Shown here: positions 1-10,457 of the stretch, in pieces
Layout: each line of letters starts with the position of its first letter
Position numbering within the stretch: the stretch's first letter is position 1
IMG/VR virus record: IMGVR_UViG_2739367553_000005
Coordinates: 1 to 64,000 of that record
From: a virus
Taxonomy: Duplodnaviria; Caudoviricetes
DNA: 64,000 nucleotides
Strand: one strand, 5' to 3'
Translations under genes and position numbers: made by a program
The notes under the pieces: model-generated
The model's input: only the letters and a program-made list of their open reading frames with translations
Told to the model about the DNA's origin: nothing
The model's database searches: none

Positions 1-981
1 CTATTTTGCTGTTATAAATATCTTATTGATTATTTCTTCAGCTCTTTCTTTATAAGTGTGGTTTTGTACGCTTGTAACAGCATTTTTACGAACCTTTATA
101 TATTCATCTATGTTTTTACTATAATACTCCAATAACTCAAGAGTCTCATCAGAAGAATTAGCAATAGCCATTGCACCGCTATTTCCAAACATATTATTTA
201 TAGCAGTATTATAACAAGAAAGCCCGAAACCTCCGGAGCCTAAAATTTCAAAAGTACGTCTTGTTATAGTTTGATCGTGATTTTGTGTGATTAAATTTAT
301 AAAGGAATTATTATAGATATCGCAAGTTTTCTCATAGGGAATTGTACCTTTGAACCATTCCATTGGTACATCGAGATTTAGAAAATTTTTTATAACCTGC
401 TTATATTCTGTAGAACCGTAAAAATCTATTTTATAATTATTTTCAATTAAAGGTTTTAATATAATAGGAATTGCTTTACGATAGCGGAAATGCTCAGGAT
501 AATGATTTGAATACCATAACCATGCATTTCCAACTAAGCTAATCGTATTATTTTCATTTGCAGATATTGATTTTGGATAATGAATGGTTGGATTATAAGC
601 AAAATCAAGTCTCTCACAGGGAATACTTTTACTTTTAAGCTTTTCAAGCATTTCAGGACAAATCGAAAATATCATATCGGGCTTTGATAATTCAAATCCT
701 GTCATCTGTAAATCGTATTGGCCAATTCCTTCGGTATCCCAGCAAACACACTTATAATTTGGTGAATTTCTGGAACCAATATGATTAAGCATAGAATGTT
801 GAAAATAACCCATATAGGAGGAAAGAATTAATAAATCAGGATTTATTAATTCCATTAATTTATCAAAATTTTCTATAGAAGTCGGTGTTATTATTTGCGC
901 TTCATGACCAGCTGCAGTAAAGCCCCATAAAATATCGCCTGCATAAAGCTTGTCACAATAAATTGCTACCTTATATTTCAT
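1..981 (-). CDS. CgeB-family / glycosyltransferase-like spore protein (probably host gene flanking the prophage)
   Basis: 326-aa ORF; WDTEG, FAYNPTIHYP, C-terminal RTFEILGSGGF...HTYKERAEEI typical of CgeB/Glyco_trans_1_2 proteins. Confidence 0.65.
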   Translation of the reverse strand: MKYKVAIYCDKLYAGDILWGFTAAGHEAQIITPTSIENFDKLMELINPDLLILSSYMGYFQHSMLNHIGSRNSPNYKCVCWDTEGIGQYDLQMTGFELSKPDMIFSICPEMLEKLKSKSIPCERLDFAYNPTIHYPKSISANENNTISLVGNAWLWYSNHYPEHFRYRKAIPIILKPLIENNYKIDFYGSTEYKQVIKNFLNLDVPMEWFKGTIPYEKTCDIYNNSFINLITQNHDQTITRRTFEILGSGGFGLSCYNTAINNMFGNSGAMAIANSSDETLELLEYYSKNIDEYIKVRKNAVTSVQNHTYKERAEEIINKIFITAK

Positions 982-1073
982 ATTTAATAGTCCTCTTTGC
1001 CATCTGGCGCACGGAATTTTAACAGTAACTACTAAAATTATATGAAATAAAAAATCAGTTGCTACTAAAGACT

Positions 1074-1143
1074 TTCATCCGCTCTTCACCTTCTTAGTTT
1101 TAAAAACCATTCCACTGGAACACTTCCATTCAGAGTGTTGGGA
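1074..1143 (-). repeat. 70-bp degenerate copy of 14648-14717 (3' end of pre-portal ORF plus portal start codon)
   Basis: TTCATCCGCTCTTCACCTTCTTAGTTTTAAAAACCATTCCACTGGAACACTTCCATTCAGAGTGTTGGGA vs TTCATCCGCTTTTCACCTTCTTAGTTTTAAAAACCACTCCACTGGAACACTTCCACTCAGGATGTTGGGA; 5 mismatches. Confidence 0.9.
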
Positions 1144-1391
1144 GTCTGACATGCCAAAACCAAGTACTGAAGTTTGATTTTTTCAAAATGTTCTTGTGGG
1201 TCTGTTAGAAAAATCTCCACCTCCGCAATATTTGGTCTTGTGGCGCCAAATTCTGCTAGCACTCGATCAAGATTCACTAATGCTTGTTTTGTGAACCAAA
1301 TTTCAGGTTACTGGTTCAACCATTTTCTATAGTTTACTTCTCTTTTTCATTTACTGTTATTACCATAATATTTTTATAGATTATGCTCATA

Positions 1392-1425
1392 ATAATGTTG
1401 TGTTCATCAATGAACACAACATTAT
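1392..1425. repeat. perfect 16-bp inverted repeat with 2-bp centre (CA)
   Basis: ATAATGTTGTGTTCAT-CA-ATGAACACAACATTAT. Confidence 0.9.
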
Positions 1426-1634
1426 AGACGAAGGTGTCAAGTTATGGATGGCAATGCGGAAATAACAATAGGTTGTTAATGAAGTATTGTTGACAGCTTA
1501 AACCTTAGTTAGAAAAATGTCCTCATATTAATCTTGAGGGCATTTTTCTTTGAAGCCTCATGGTTTAACATTGTAATAATTTAGAGAGCAATAAAATTTC
1601 AGTTTTGTGAAATAACTTATTACATTTTAAGTAC

Positions 1635-1673
1635 AAAAAAACTACTAACTCAATACTGATAGTTAGTAGTTTT
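1635..1673. terminator. bidirectional intrinsic terminator, dispersed hairpin family copy 1
   Basis: AAAAAAACTACTAACT-N10-AGTTAGTAGTTTT directly downstream of the MazG-like gene. Confidence 0.75.
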
Positions 1674-1683
1674 CTTCATACTC

Positions 1684-1986
1684 TCATTTACCTGAACTTA
1701 TTTCACCTTTAACAGAAAATCTGTTTTTGTATTTTACCATAGCGTTATTCAAAGCTGAATTCGCATCAATATTCATCTCGCAGCATAAAGCAATTAATGC
1801 AAAGAGGCAATCCCCCATCTCTTCTTCGGCTTCAACAGTATATGAAGACTCTATCTTTCCATAATTGCAGCTTTTGATAATTTCCTTTCCCAATTCTCCA
1901 ATTTCACTAACCAAATCTATATATCTAATTTTTTCGCCACAGGACAGATTATATTTTTTAATAAAATTCTCGACTATTTCTTGCAT
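1684..1986 (-). CDS. MazG-like nucleotide pyrophosphohydrolase
   Basis: LVSEIGELGKEI and EEEMGDCLFALIAL motifs, 100 aa. Confidence 0.8.
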   Translation of the reverse strand: MQEIVENFIKKYNLSCGEKIRYIDLVSEIGELGKEIIKSCNYGKIESSYTVEAEEEMGDCLFALIALCCEMNIDANSALNNAMVKYKNRFSVKGEISSGK

Positions 1987-2453
1987 CTTCCCCCTCCATT
2001 TTTTAGTTAAACATAAATGCTACAATTAACAGACTACCATCAAACTTACTAACTATCAATATTAAGTTTTCAATGTGCGCTAAAACATCAAATCCTAATT
2101 TTGCTAATATGAAAGCCATTCCCAACCCATGTCCACCTTTTTTCGAGGAGAAGAAATTTCAGCAGATGCAATTAGCAGTTAGTATTTTGCTGGATATTAA
2201 TTTAAAAAAGCACGTTACTACCAGTGATATTTTAAACTGCATTTTATTAATATTTATTCATCTATAATCTGCTAATATACATACATCAGCTATAATCGCT
2301 TATAAAACACCACCATTATTCATTCACAGTTTTTTCACAAATTAGTGAAACGCTTTAAATACAATGGTTTAATGGTATTTGTTGTATAGTACGTTCATAT
2401 CTTTTATAAATGAAAATATTTTAATATCCTTTATTTATCATTGAAACATATTA

Positions 2454-2487
2454 AAAGCCGCCAGAATTATTTACCACTGGCGGCTTT
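2454..2487 (-). terminator. intrinsic terminator ending the head-tail operon
   Basis: AAAGCCGCCAG-loop-CTGGCGGCTTT immediately after the tape measure stop. Confidence 0.8.
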
Positions 2488-2495
2488 GATAAATT

Positions 2496-5400
2496 TTAAA
2501 TCGGGACCGGAGCCTTTTTATTTCGCCAGTATTCCTTGCTCCAGTTATCCTTTACATTATTGTAAGCTTTATCAGAATCCAATTCTGCAGTAATTTTAGC
2601 ACTCTCAAGTTTCTCGGCCAGAACATTCCCCAAACGATCATAATCAATAATACCAGATAATGCCGCGTTTAACTCTGCTGAAATGCCGGCTTTAAAATCA
2701 TATGTGGTTTTGTCAAACGACACTGATGCTTTGGTATCTACCTTATCAAAGAACTCCCGGTTAACACTGTATGTAGTTCCTACATTGGGGGTAACTACAT
2801 TTGCTATGTCAAACGCCTTGGATACATTATCTGCCCATTTTTCGATAAGACTTGAAGATGAATCCATATTATCTGAAATACCGGCATTAAACCCTTTTAC
2901 GGTAAAGACTCCATATTCAGAGAATAACTTTGACGGGGAATGAATATCGAGCAGATCTGTAAACCAATCCTTGATATTTCCAACCCATGTACTTATTATC
3001 CCCCTACTACTCTCCTGATTATTTTTAATACCGTCATTTAAACCTTGTACGATAAAATTGCCGAACCCAGCAAATACGGTAGATGGCGAATGGATTCCCA
3101 TAATATCTGTAAAAGGATTGATAATTCCAACTTGCGCCCAATTCCTTAATATAGAAGGAGTTCCTGACTTTTGTAATTCTTCAAACTTCTGCCTTAATCC
3201 TTCGTTGGAAAAAGCCGCCCAACCGGACCCTAAATTTTGCAGTTCTGTATTTAAGGATTTACCACCTTCTAAGACCTTATTGGCTCCATAAATACCGGAA
3301 TTAATAAATTTCGTGGTATTCTCTTCGCTCTTTATTCCACCAGTGACAGCATCAGTGACAGCATTTGCCGTTTCCTGAGCCCCTGACTTCCCTCCATCAC
3401 CAATTGATTTTACTAACAGTTTGCCCCCGTCATAAGACACTTGGTATCCTTTGGATTCATAATCAGCTTTTACTTTGGCCCAAAGTTCCTCATTCATAGT
3501 GCTTACGGCTTCAGGAACCCCATTTTTACCACCCTGTCCAAACTGAACAACACCTTTTTCGCCAAGATCATACATATCTTTGTCAGTATTGCCATAAGCC
3601 TCTATTATTGACCGATACAGTTCTACGGCAGCTTCTCCAACAACTTGCTTACCGTTAACAAACACTCCACCAAGATCATCAATAGCCTTTGAAGCGTCAA
3701 TTGTAACTTTACCAAAGTTCATAGAATTAATAGTACTTTCCAATTCCTCATATTTTTTCTTATGCCCGGTTAATATCTCATTGGCAGTACCATACGCCAA
3801 ATTGGCATCTTCAACAGCTTTCTTTGCAGTATTTTGCGCTTCTGTGGACTTTCCTAATTCCTGTTCATAAAAAGATATCTGCTGGGCCAGCTGTTGAGCA
3901 ATTGATTTATTGCTATCCATAGAGATACCATATTTCTCTAACGATTCCTTATTTTTTTCATACCATATATTCTGATCTTCGTAACTTCCTGTAAGACTAT
4001 CCATAGCTCCTTGCAAATCACCAAGTTTTGCTTTATTATTTTCGTACTGTTTTTCAGATATAGCCATTTGTACATTAGCTTCAGATAAAGCAGCCCCATA
4101 CTCTTCTACAACTTTTTGGTATGCCATAACCTGATAGTATTCTTGTTGCTTTTCAATAACCTTTTGTATCTCATCTCTCTGTGCCGTATATCGGCCTGTT
4201 GTCTTATCGATCATTCCCTGTAATTCGGGTACCTTATCAATTAATTGCTGAGCATAGTTTTTTAACTGATCTTGTTCTGCAGATGTAAGAGAGACTTGAT
4301 CCGCAAGATAAAAATATGATTGAGCAAGAGTATCTAACTTCTCTGCATCCTGGTCTGCACTTTCAATTACTTTTCGGCTATTCGTTGCCACATCTAAAAA
4401 TGCATCGGCCGCATCATTCAATTCATCAGTATTAGAACCTATCCTTTCCTGAAATTCAGAAAATTGCTCTGCCATTTCCCTCTTCCAATTCTGATTCATG
4501 GCGATTAAACCGCCTGCGATTGCTACTAAACCAGCGGCCAACGCCACGTATGGATTTGCAGCTATCCAGCCTACCGCTTTTATAAAGAAATCATCTAATG
4601 CTACATACAGTGCCGTAATACCAAGCTTAATAGCATCAATAGCGGCAACTGCAGCTTTATATGTAATAAAAGTAGTCAAAAATCCTGCAATTGCTCCAGT
4701 TAAAAATACAAGCGTCCCCTGAGGTATAGACAATATTACGGACGAGAAACCTTTTAAAACTAATGCTAAGGCGCTCACTGAACCGGACAAAACTGGCGTA
4801 AGAACTTTTGCTAATCCCTCAACAAATCCAATAAGACCATTGCCAATCCCTATGGTCAAATGTGATAAGGCTTTGTATACATCATCTAAAGCACTAATAA
4901 ACTGTTCCCACTTTATCTTTTTTGACAGATTGGTCATTATATCCAGCAAACGAGGAAGCCCGTTACCAACTCCCCACACAGCTATAGGTTTTAGAAAATC
5001 AGCGTAAAAATCTAAGACACTGGTAAAAGTAATGATGGTAAGTCTTGACAGTTCTTTGTAAAAATCGCTGAGACTTGAACCGAGTTTTGTCCAGTTAATA
5101 TCCTTAAGCATGGCATTGGTGATATTTAAGAATCTTGCCAGACCGTCTTCTCCCAATGTCCATGTCCCTACTGGAACTAAGAAATTGTTATAAAAATCTT
5201 TAAGCGTATCCGCACTGAATTCTCCAAATTCTTTAAATCCCTCATTCCATAAGCGCTTCATTGCTTCCCTGGTAGGCTCTGCAATATCCCAGATTTTTTC
5301 AAATACATTTTCAATTCCATCTGCCATATCTTGAGCGGAATTTTTCATATTAGCAAAAGCGGTATCCCATGACTTTTGGTACTCTGAAAAAGCATTTAAA

Positions 5401-7229
5401 AAGGCGTCATCAAGAATGCCAGGTGCTACCTTTCCAGATTCCTTATCGCCTGATGAACTTTTGGTTGAGACAACGTTTAATTTATCAAATGACTGTAAAT
5501 TATCAGACATTTTCTTTGTGTTTTTAGCCGCATCACCAGTACTTCCAGCAACATCTTCGGCGGCATCTTCCATACTGCTCATGTCTACAGCTGCAGAACC
5601 TATTGACATACCCATATCGCCAATTTTAATCCCAAGCAGATTGCCTATCCATGCGAACAGGCGCTGTACAGCTATTAATAGAGCATTCACGTAGGGTAAA
5701 ATGCTTGTTACAATAGGAAGAAATATACTGCCGACAGTTCTGGCCAAGTTCTCAAAGTTTGATTGTAACAGCCTTAACTGGTTCGCTGGCTGACCAAGTG
5801 TATTTGATAGGTCACCCCAAGCATAACGAGTGGAATCTAATAAAATTATAGTCCTTAACAATGCTTTATCCTGCTGATTTAAAGCTGTTATTTTAGCTTT
5901 TATCCCAAGTTCATTTAGCTTTTCCTGCAAGTTTACATTACGGATATTTACTCCATATTTATCTAAAGTACGACTCATTCCAACCATACCAGAAGCCATG
6001 TCATTCCATACGTCCTCAAATTTCAAATTACGGACAGAAGCAAGGTCGGCACCAATCATAGTAAGCGCATTTGACAGCTGCAGCGCAGTCTCGGAAGCTA
6101 CACCCATAGAGGAAGCCATCTGCCCAAAAGTAGCCTGATAGTTCATAAGCCTTTCCGGATCTATACCCAAACTCGGCATCCCCGTAGATACCAGGTTGCC
6201 GTTGTTATCGGCTACGAATCCTGACATCTTTCCTGTTAATTCCTGAGCTCGTTGGGTAAATGACTTGGCGTATGCTTCAGCAGAATCATATCCTTGTTTT
6301 TTCCAACTTTTTATACCATTATCAGCTACTTGTCCCCATGCAGCATCAAAGTAATTTAACGTCTCTATGTAATCCATGGAGGAGTCAATTGCTTTCCACA
6401 TTCCCTTGGCACCGCGAACAAGCATAAAATATTTCGCATAAAGCATCCCAATTTGAGAAGCAAGGCCTTTGGTGTTTCCTTTAGCCCTCCCTGCACTATT
6501 AGAATATGAATTAAGACTACTGCTCATGGAACGGCTTGCACTCGAAACCTTAGAACCATTAGATGCCAAGTTTGCAAGGGCATTAGTCATTTGAATGAGG
6601 TTGCTATTTACTCGCGGCGCACCAGATAATGTCTGCATCATGGTTTTTAATGCAACGCCAAGGGCCTGAATATTGGGAATGGCATTTCCTGCTGACTTGC
6701 TACCTAATTTGGAAATAGAGACTACCAACGTATTTAATCCAGAAGCATCAAATGTTACTGAATTAAGCCCATTCATTGTCTGTATAAAACTTTCCAAACT
6801 GCCCTTAAGTAAAGGAATATTCTGGGCCGCTTGAGTGACTGTTTTGCCGCCTAATTTAGAAATAGAGGACGCGAGATTAATTATCCCTTGCGAATCAAAA
6901 GAAACGGTTCCCATATTACTTAAATTGGCCGATAAGGTTGACATTGCCCTGGAAGCATTGCTGACGCCCTGAACATCAACTGCTCCAAGTTTATTTAATC
7001 CTTTTGTTATTCTCGAAAAATCAGCAGTTTTTGTATTGTTAGAAAAATTCTGGATTGAGTTTGAAATCTGATTAATTCCAGAAGCAATCTGACTTGCACC
7101 GGACATTTCAATTCCAGATATAGCAGACTGCAGAGATATCATCTTTTGTATAAATTTATCTATTTTAGCATCAGCATTGTTTGTACTGGCATCTATTTGG
7201 ACTTTCAGATCATCAATTACATCCGCCAT
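2496..7229 (-). CDS. phage tail tape measure protein
   Basis: 1577 aa, helical Ala/Ser/Gly-rich, central hydrophobic stretch, IHSPS motifs, follows the tail assembly chaperones. Confidence 0.92.
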   Translation of the reverse strand: MADVIDDLKVQIDASTNNADAKIDKFIQKMISLQSAISGIEMSGASQIASGINQISNSIQNFSNNTKTADFSRITKGLNKLGAVDVQGVSNASRAMSTLSANLSNMGTVSFDSQGIINLASSISKLGGKTVTQAAQNIPLLKGSLESFIQTMNGLNSVTFDASGLNTLVVSISKLGSKSAGNAIPNIQALGVALKTMMQTLSGAPRVNSNLIQMTNALANLASNGSKVSSASRSMSSSLNSYSNSAGRAKGNTKGLASQIGMLYAKYFMLVRGAKGMWKAIDSSMDYIETLNYFDAAWGQVADNGIKSWKKQGYDSAEAYAKSFTQRAQELTGKMSGFVADNNGNLVSTGMPSLGIDPERLMNYQATFGQMASSMGVASETALQLSNALTMIGADLASVRNLKFEDVWNDMASGMVGMSRTLDKYGVNIRNVNLQEKLNELGIKAKITALNQQDKALLRTIILLDSTRYAWGDLSNTLGQPANQLRLLQSNFENLARTVGSIFLPIVTSILPYVNALLIAVQRLFAWIGNLLGIKIGDMGMSIGSAAVDMSSMEDAAEDVAGSTGDAAKNTKKMSDNLQSFDKLNVVSTKSSSGDKESGKVAPGILDDAFLNAFSEYQKSWDTAFANMKNSAQDMADGIENVFEKIWDIAEPTREAMKRLWNEGFKEFGEFSADTLKDFYNNFLVPVGTWTLGEDGLARFLNITNAMLKDINWTKLGSSLSDFYKELSRLTIITFTSVLDFYADFLKPIAVWGVGNGLPRLLDIMTNLSKKIKWEQFISALDDVYKALSHLTIGIGNGLIGFVEGLAKVLTPVLSGSVSALALVLKGFSSVILSIPQGTLVFLTGAIAGFLTTFITYKAAVAAIDAIKLGITALYVALDDFFIKAVGWIAANPYVALAAGLVAIAGGLIAMNQNWKREMAEQFSEFQERIGSNTDELNDAADAFLDVATNSRKVIESADQDAEKLDTLAQSYFYLADQVSLTSAEQDQLKNYAQQLIDKVPELQGMIDKTTGRYTAQRDEIQKVIEKQQEYYQVMAYQKVVEEYGAALSEANVQMAISEKQYENNKAKLGDLQGAMDSLTGSYEDQNIWYEKNKESLEKYGISMDSNKSIAQQLAQQISFYEQELGKSTEAQNTAKKAVEDANLAYGTANEILTGHKKKYEELESTINSMNFGKVTIDASKAIDDLGGVFVNGKQVVGEAAVELYRSIIEAYGNTDKDMYDLGEKGVVQFGQGGKNGVPEAVSTMNEELWAKVKADYESKGYQVSYDGGKLLVKSIGDGGKSGAQETANAVTDAVTGGIKSEENTTKFINSGIYGANKVLEGGKSLNTELQNLGSGWAAFSNEGLRQKFEELQKSGTPSILRNWAQVGIINPFTDIMGIHSPSTVFAGFGNFIVQGLNDGIKNNQESSRGIISTWVGNIKDWFTDLLDIHSPSKLFSEYGVFTVKGFNAGISDNMDSSSSLIEKWADNVSKAFDIANVVTPNVGTTYSVNREFFDKVDTKASVSFDKTTYDFKAGISAELNAALSGIIDYDRLGNVLAEKLESAKITAELDSDKAYNNVKDNWSKEYWRNKKAPVPI

Positions 7230-7279
7230 GATTCACCACCCCTTACACATACAAAAAAAGGCGAGTGAATTTTCGATTA

Positions 7280-7669
7280 TCACTCGCCTTTTGAACAGTT
7301 ATTATTTTCATCGATATTCATTTCATTAAAAAATGATAGGAATTTATCTAATTCTTTTTCTTCTTCAATCTTCTTCTCTTCTTCTGTCATTGGGACTACT
7401 CTTATTGGCTTCTCTAAATATTTACCTTTTTGTTTCCGTTTTATGAATGGCATGGCATTGCATACGGTAGCGTCCAAAGCCGATGCAACATATTGACCCA
7501 TAAGCCACATATCATCACTTTGTTGCTGTCTCTTTCTTCGATATGTTTCAGCAAATGGAAGCAACTTCCGGGGATTCAAATGCCAGAATAAATCATAGGG
7601 TACACCCATTAATAAAGCTTCAGGCAGATATTGCTCCCATATTATTTTGTGCCAGTCGATTTCTTTTTG
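7280..7669 (-). CDS. tail assembly chaperone C-terminal part (gpT-like), probably reached by -1 frameshift
   Basis: -1 frame relative to 7642..8136; MGVPYDLFWHLNPRKL motif; slippery C AAA AAG at 7663-7669. Confidence 0.7.
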   Translation of the reverse strand, partial: QKEIDWHKIIWEQYLPEALLMGVPYDLFWHLNPRKLLPFAETYRRKRQQQSDDMWLMGQYVASALDATVCNAMPFIKRKQKGKYLEKPIRVVPMTEEEKKIEEEKELDKFLSFFNEMNIDENNNCSKGE

Positions 7670-8136
7670 CGATCCTGAGGAGTCTTCACAGATTTGGACT
7701 TCGCTTCTGCTTCCTGGTTCATTTTTTCTACCAGTTTGTCCAATCCGGTCAGTTTGAAAAAACCGTCTTCTTCCATACACTGTTTAAGGAAATCAAACAT
7801 TCCATAAAAGGATGCACGATCATCTTCTGGATTTTCTTTTATAAACTGCTTAAACAACCCTTTTGCTTCTGCCTCATCGGAAACCGGGTTATGCTCTAAT
7901 AGACCAGCATATAAAAAAGACGGAACAACCAATGGCATATCAGACACCATATCAGCAGTGCCATCTATCACCATTTCCATCATGCCCTGCTTATCATCCT
8001 CACCAAAATTGCCACGACGGACCATATAAGATCCAGATACAACTTTAAAAGCCTTGTCAACACAATTCTTGTGTTCAGCTGCTTCAAAGGAAAACTCAAT
8101 TTTATAATCTTTTCCTCCGATTGTTAGAGTCTTCAT
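7642..8136 (-). CDS. tail assembly chaperone (gpG-like)
   Basis: MKTLTIGGKDYKIEF start; position between major tail protein and TMP. Confidence 0.8.
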   Translation of the reverse strand: MKTLTIGGKDYKIEFSFEAAEHKNCVDKAFKVVSGSYMVRRGNFGEDDKQGMMEMVIDGTADMVSDMPLVVPSFLYAGLLEHNPVSDEAEAKGLFKQFIKENPEDDRASFYGMFDFLKQCMEEDGFFKLTGLDKLVEKMNQEAEAKSKSVKTPQDRKKKSTGTK

Positions 8137-8166
8137 ATTTTAATACCTCCCGTTTGATACCTCAAT

Positions 8167-8652
8167 TTATTCAGTCGCTGCTGTAGGAACTATTGGTGTA
8201 TTCCAACCAATTTCTCCCGTGGGTGTTACAGAAACACTTGTGTCCCATGCATTGTCAACATCAGAAGCGGACCAACCAAGTCTAGCCGGCACGCAAGTAA
8301 AGAAAAAGGCCTTAGTTAGTCTTGGGTGATAAAATTCCAACCACATCCGTTTATTTGATTCTTTTGCCGTTTCGTAGGCATCGCATAATTCTTCCCATAA
8401 ATCAAGGAATACCTGAGACATGCCGAATGTAATTGCAAGCGCGCCACCAGGATCTTTAAGACCATCAATATATCGTTTCCAAACAGTATCATTTAGAGAT
8501 GTTACATCGTAACTTCCAACCTCCGGATTAAAATCCGGGATACTCTTAGGGTTTGGAATATCAATAAATGCCGTAGGTTTTGTCCCTGCAGTAGTTTCAA
8601 TGGCGTATCCAACGTGAATACCAGCAGTGCTTAAATCTATTGCTTTTACCAT
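8167..8652 (-). CDS. major tail (tube) protein
   Basis: 161 aa; DVTSLNDTVWKRYIDGLKDPGG motif; synteny. Confidence 0.85.
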   Translation of the reverse strand: MVKAIDLSTAGIHVGYAIETTAGTKPTAFIDIPNPKSIPDFNPEVGSYDVTSLNDTVWKRYIDGLKDPGGALAITFGMSQVFLDLWEELCDAYETAKESNKRMWLEFYHPRLTKAFFFTCVPARLGWSASDVDNAWDTSVSVTPTGEIGWNTPIVPTAATE

Positions 8653-8717
8653 GGGTTTGTTCCTCCTTTTAAATTAAAAAAGAACCTCTCCATATAGGAA
8701 AAGTTCTACTATGATTT

Positions 8718-9101
8718 TTATATCAAATCGCCCTCGCAATAGGTCCTATGAAACCTTGCGATCCAACGATACGCTTCTGATGTGCTTGAACGGTCCACTT
8801 CCAGCGGTCCGTATTTTAAAACAAATCCCAGTTCTGTCATGATATCAGCCGCTAGAAAAATCAATTGTTTTGCTTTGCTGGTTGAACTGGAATCATACAT
8901 GGTAATTTCAAAGTCCGCTGATATGGAACACTGCTTGTTCTGTAGGGAACTGCTTGTTGTCGGCTGTCCCAGACTTTTGAAATAAAGGTAGGGAAAGACT
9001 GAAGGCGTATCGTTCCTGGTAGTTCCGCTTCCTGAAAGATATTTTTTCAAACGCGCCTCATTAACAAGTCGAGTGTAAACCAAAGAGGAAATATCAAGCA
9101 T
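8718..9101 (-). CDS. tail terminator protein
   Basis: 127 aa, FPYLYF motif, immediately upstream of the tail tube gene. Confidence 0.65.
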   Translation of the reverse strand: MLDISSLVYTRLVNEARLKKYLSGSGTTRNDTPSVFPYLYFKSLGQPTTSSSLQNKQCSISADFEITMYDSSSTSKAKQLIFLAADIMTELGFVLKYGPLEVDRSSTSEAYRWIARFHRTYCEGDLI

Positions 9102-9670
9102 TATTGGAAAACCTCCTTTACAACTGCTGCCACCTGTGTACGGATTGCCACAGAAGCATTATACATAGGCATTGTGGCTTTCGTACCGTATGTATGGTGC
9201 CACTTTTCATCTTTTCCCCAATAATACCAGCCATTCTGGTCAAACGCATGAATCTGCCCGGGATATGTACCAACACCCATACCAAATTCACCAGCTTTAG
9301 GATTCTCATTGGAATTTAACCGTATACCGGCTCCGAACTCAACAAGGAGTAAAGTCGAAATTACCCCGAAGTCATTAGACTTCGTTTGCCCAGCAGCTAC
9401 CAGAATTGCTTTACAACCATCAGGTTTTGGAGACATTTCTATTCGCAGGGTTATAGTCTTACCCAAGGGTGAATCATTAATGCTCTGCAAAGCTACTGTT
9501 TGCCCTGTTTCTGCCAGGCGCCGGCAAAGCAATTCTGCTTTTTGGCGTAAGTTAGTTTTATACCGTTCAAGCTGATTTATGATGTACTGGATTCCTTTTG
9601 AGGAGAAGTTTCCTCTCATAACTATCTTAGCCATTTTTTGCACTTCCATCTGGCAACTGCTTAATTGCAT
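9101..9670 (-). CDS. HK97 gp10-like tail completion protein (true start probably near 9634)
   Basis: LLLVEFGAG motif, C-terminal MPMYNA; synteny. Confidence 0.6.
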   Translation of the reverse strand: MQLSSCQMEVQKMAKIVMRGNFSSKGIQYIINQLERYKTNLRQKAELLCRRLAETGQTVALQSINDSPLGKTITLRIEMSPKPDGCKAILVAAGQTKSNDFGVISTLLLVEFGAGIRLNSNENPKAGEFGMGVGTYPGQIHAFDQNGWYYWGKDEKWHHTYGTKATMPMYNASVAIRTQVAAVVKEVFQ

Positions 9671-10043
9671 ACAATAAGGAATTCAAACTTCCTGCAACTT
9701 TGACAACCTTATAATCCGCTCCTTTGCCGTCCGCCGGTTTCCGGTCAACAAATATCTGCGACAGCTCATCAATCGGAAGAGTAAGGTCACAGGAACAAAT
9801 CACTTTATCATAATCGGTATACACCCCGAAAGGCTCTGTTTGAGCTTCTGACCGGGCAGGGGACACGTTTGCCTTAAACTCCACCGGGTCGGCATACCCG
9901 ACCGTATAATCGCCAGTAAGGAGTGGTTCTCCGGTCACTGGATCAGGAATGATATTGCCGTCCAAGTCTTTTTCATAGACTGGAATATGCTCTGAATAAA
10001 GCTGATAATATAATGTTTTCTGATTACGTTTTAACCCTCTCAT
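9627..10043 (-). CDS. head closure / head-tail adaptor protein
   Basis: 138 aa; DYKVVKVAGSLNSLLYAIK ending; synteny. Confidence 0.65.
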   Translation of the reverse strand: MRGLKRNQKTLYYQLYSEHIPVYEKDLDGNIIPDPVTGEPLLTGDYTVGYADPVEFKANVSPARSEAQTEPFGVYTDYDKVICSCDLTLPIDELSQIFVDRKPADGKGADYKVVKVAGSLNSLLYAIKQLPDGSAKNG

Positions 10044-10088
10044 GTCATTTCACCCACACCCAAGAAGAAGAAAGGACATTTCCTCTCT

Positions 10089-10349
10089 TTACAGTTCCAC
10101 ACCTTCCATAACTGCTCTTGCTTCCAGAACCGCAATATAATTAGTCATAGCAGAAATCTGCATATTATAAGTGCTTCTCGGGCAAGTTGGTTTAAAGCCC
10201 AATTCTCCCTTATCCCATCTTTCAAGCATTGTTTTCAGTTTCTGATATCGAATAACAATCTGATAATATTCAGCTCTGAAACGTTCCTTGTAATCTGCAC
10301 TGTTCATCATTTCTGCTGTATCATTTAATTCCATTTTGGTCATAATCAT
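10089..10349 (-). CDS. crAss001_48-related phage protein (start at MIMTKMEL)
   Basis: SADYKERFRAEYYQ...GELGFKPTCP...YIAVLEARA. Confidence 0.6.
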   Translation of the reverse strand: MIMTKMELNDTAEMMNSADYKERFRAEYYQIVIRYQKLKTMLERWDKGELGFKPTCPRSTYNMQISAMTNYIAVLEARAVMEGVEL

Positions 10350-10457
10350 TCTCCCTGTCCTCCCAGACATATTAAGCACACCTGCCCACCACCATTGTTC
10401 TGATATGCACCCTGCGTCCGGCCGGGAGGTTAACCAGACACGCACCGTCTTAAAATC

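Noticed and set aside
2073-2267. Plus-strand 64-aa ORF; on the minus strand a fragment FSSKKGGHGLGMA resembling a GHKL kinase G2 box
   Set aside because: No RBS or motif for the + ORF; the minus fragment is short and interrupted, too weak to call.
2683-5694. Plus-strand ORFs inside the tape measure gene, and similar antisense ORFs over capsid, terminase, MTases and Tal
   Set aside because: Shadow frames of long coding genes with no RBS or motif.
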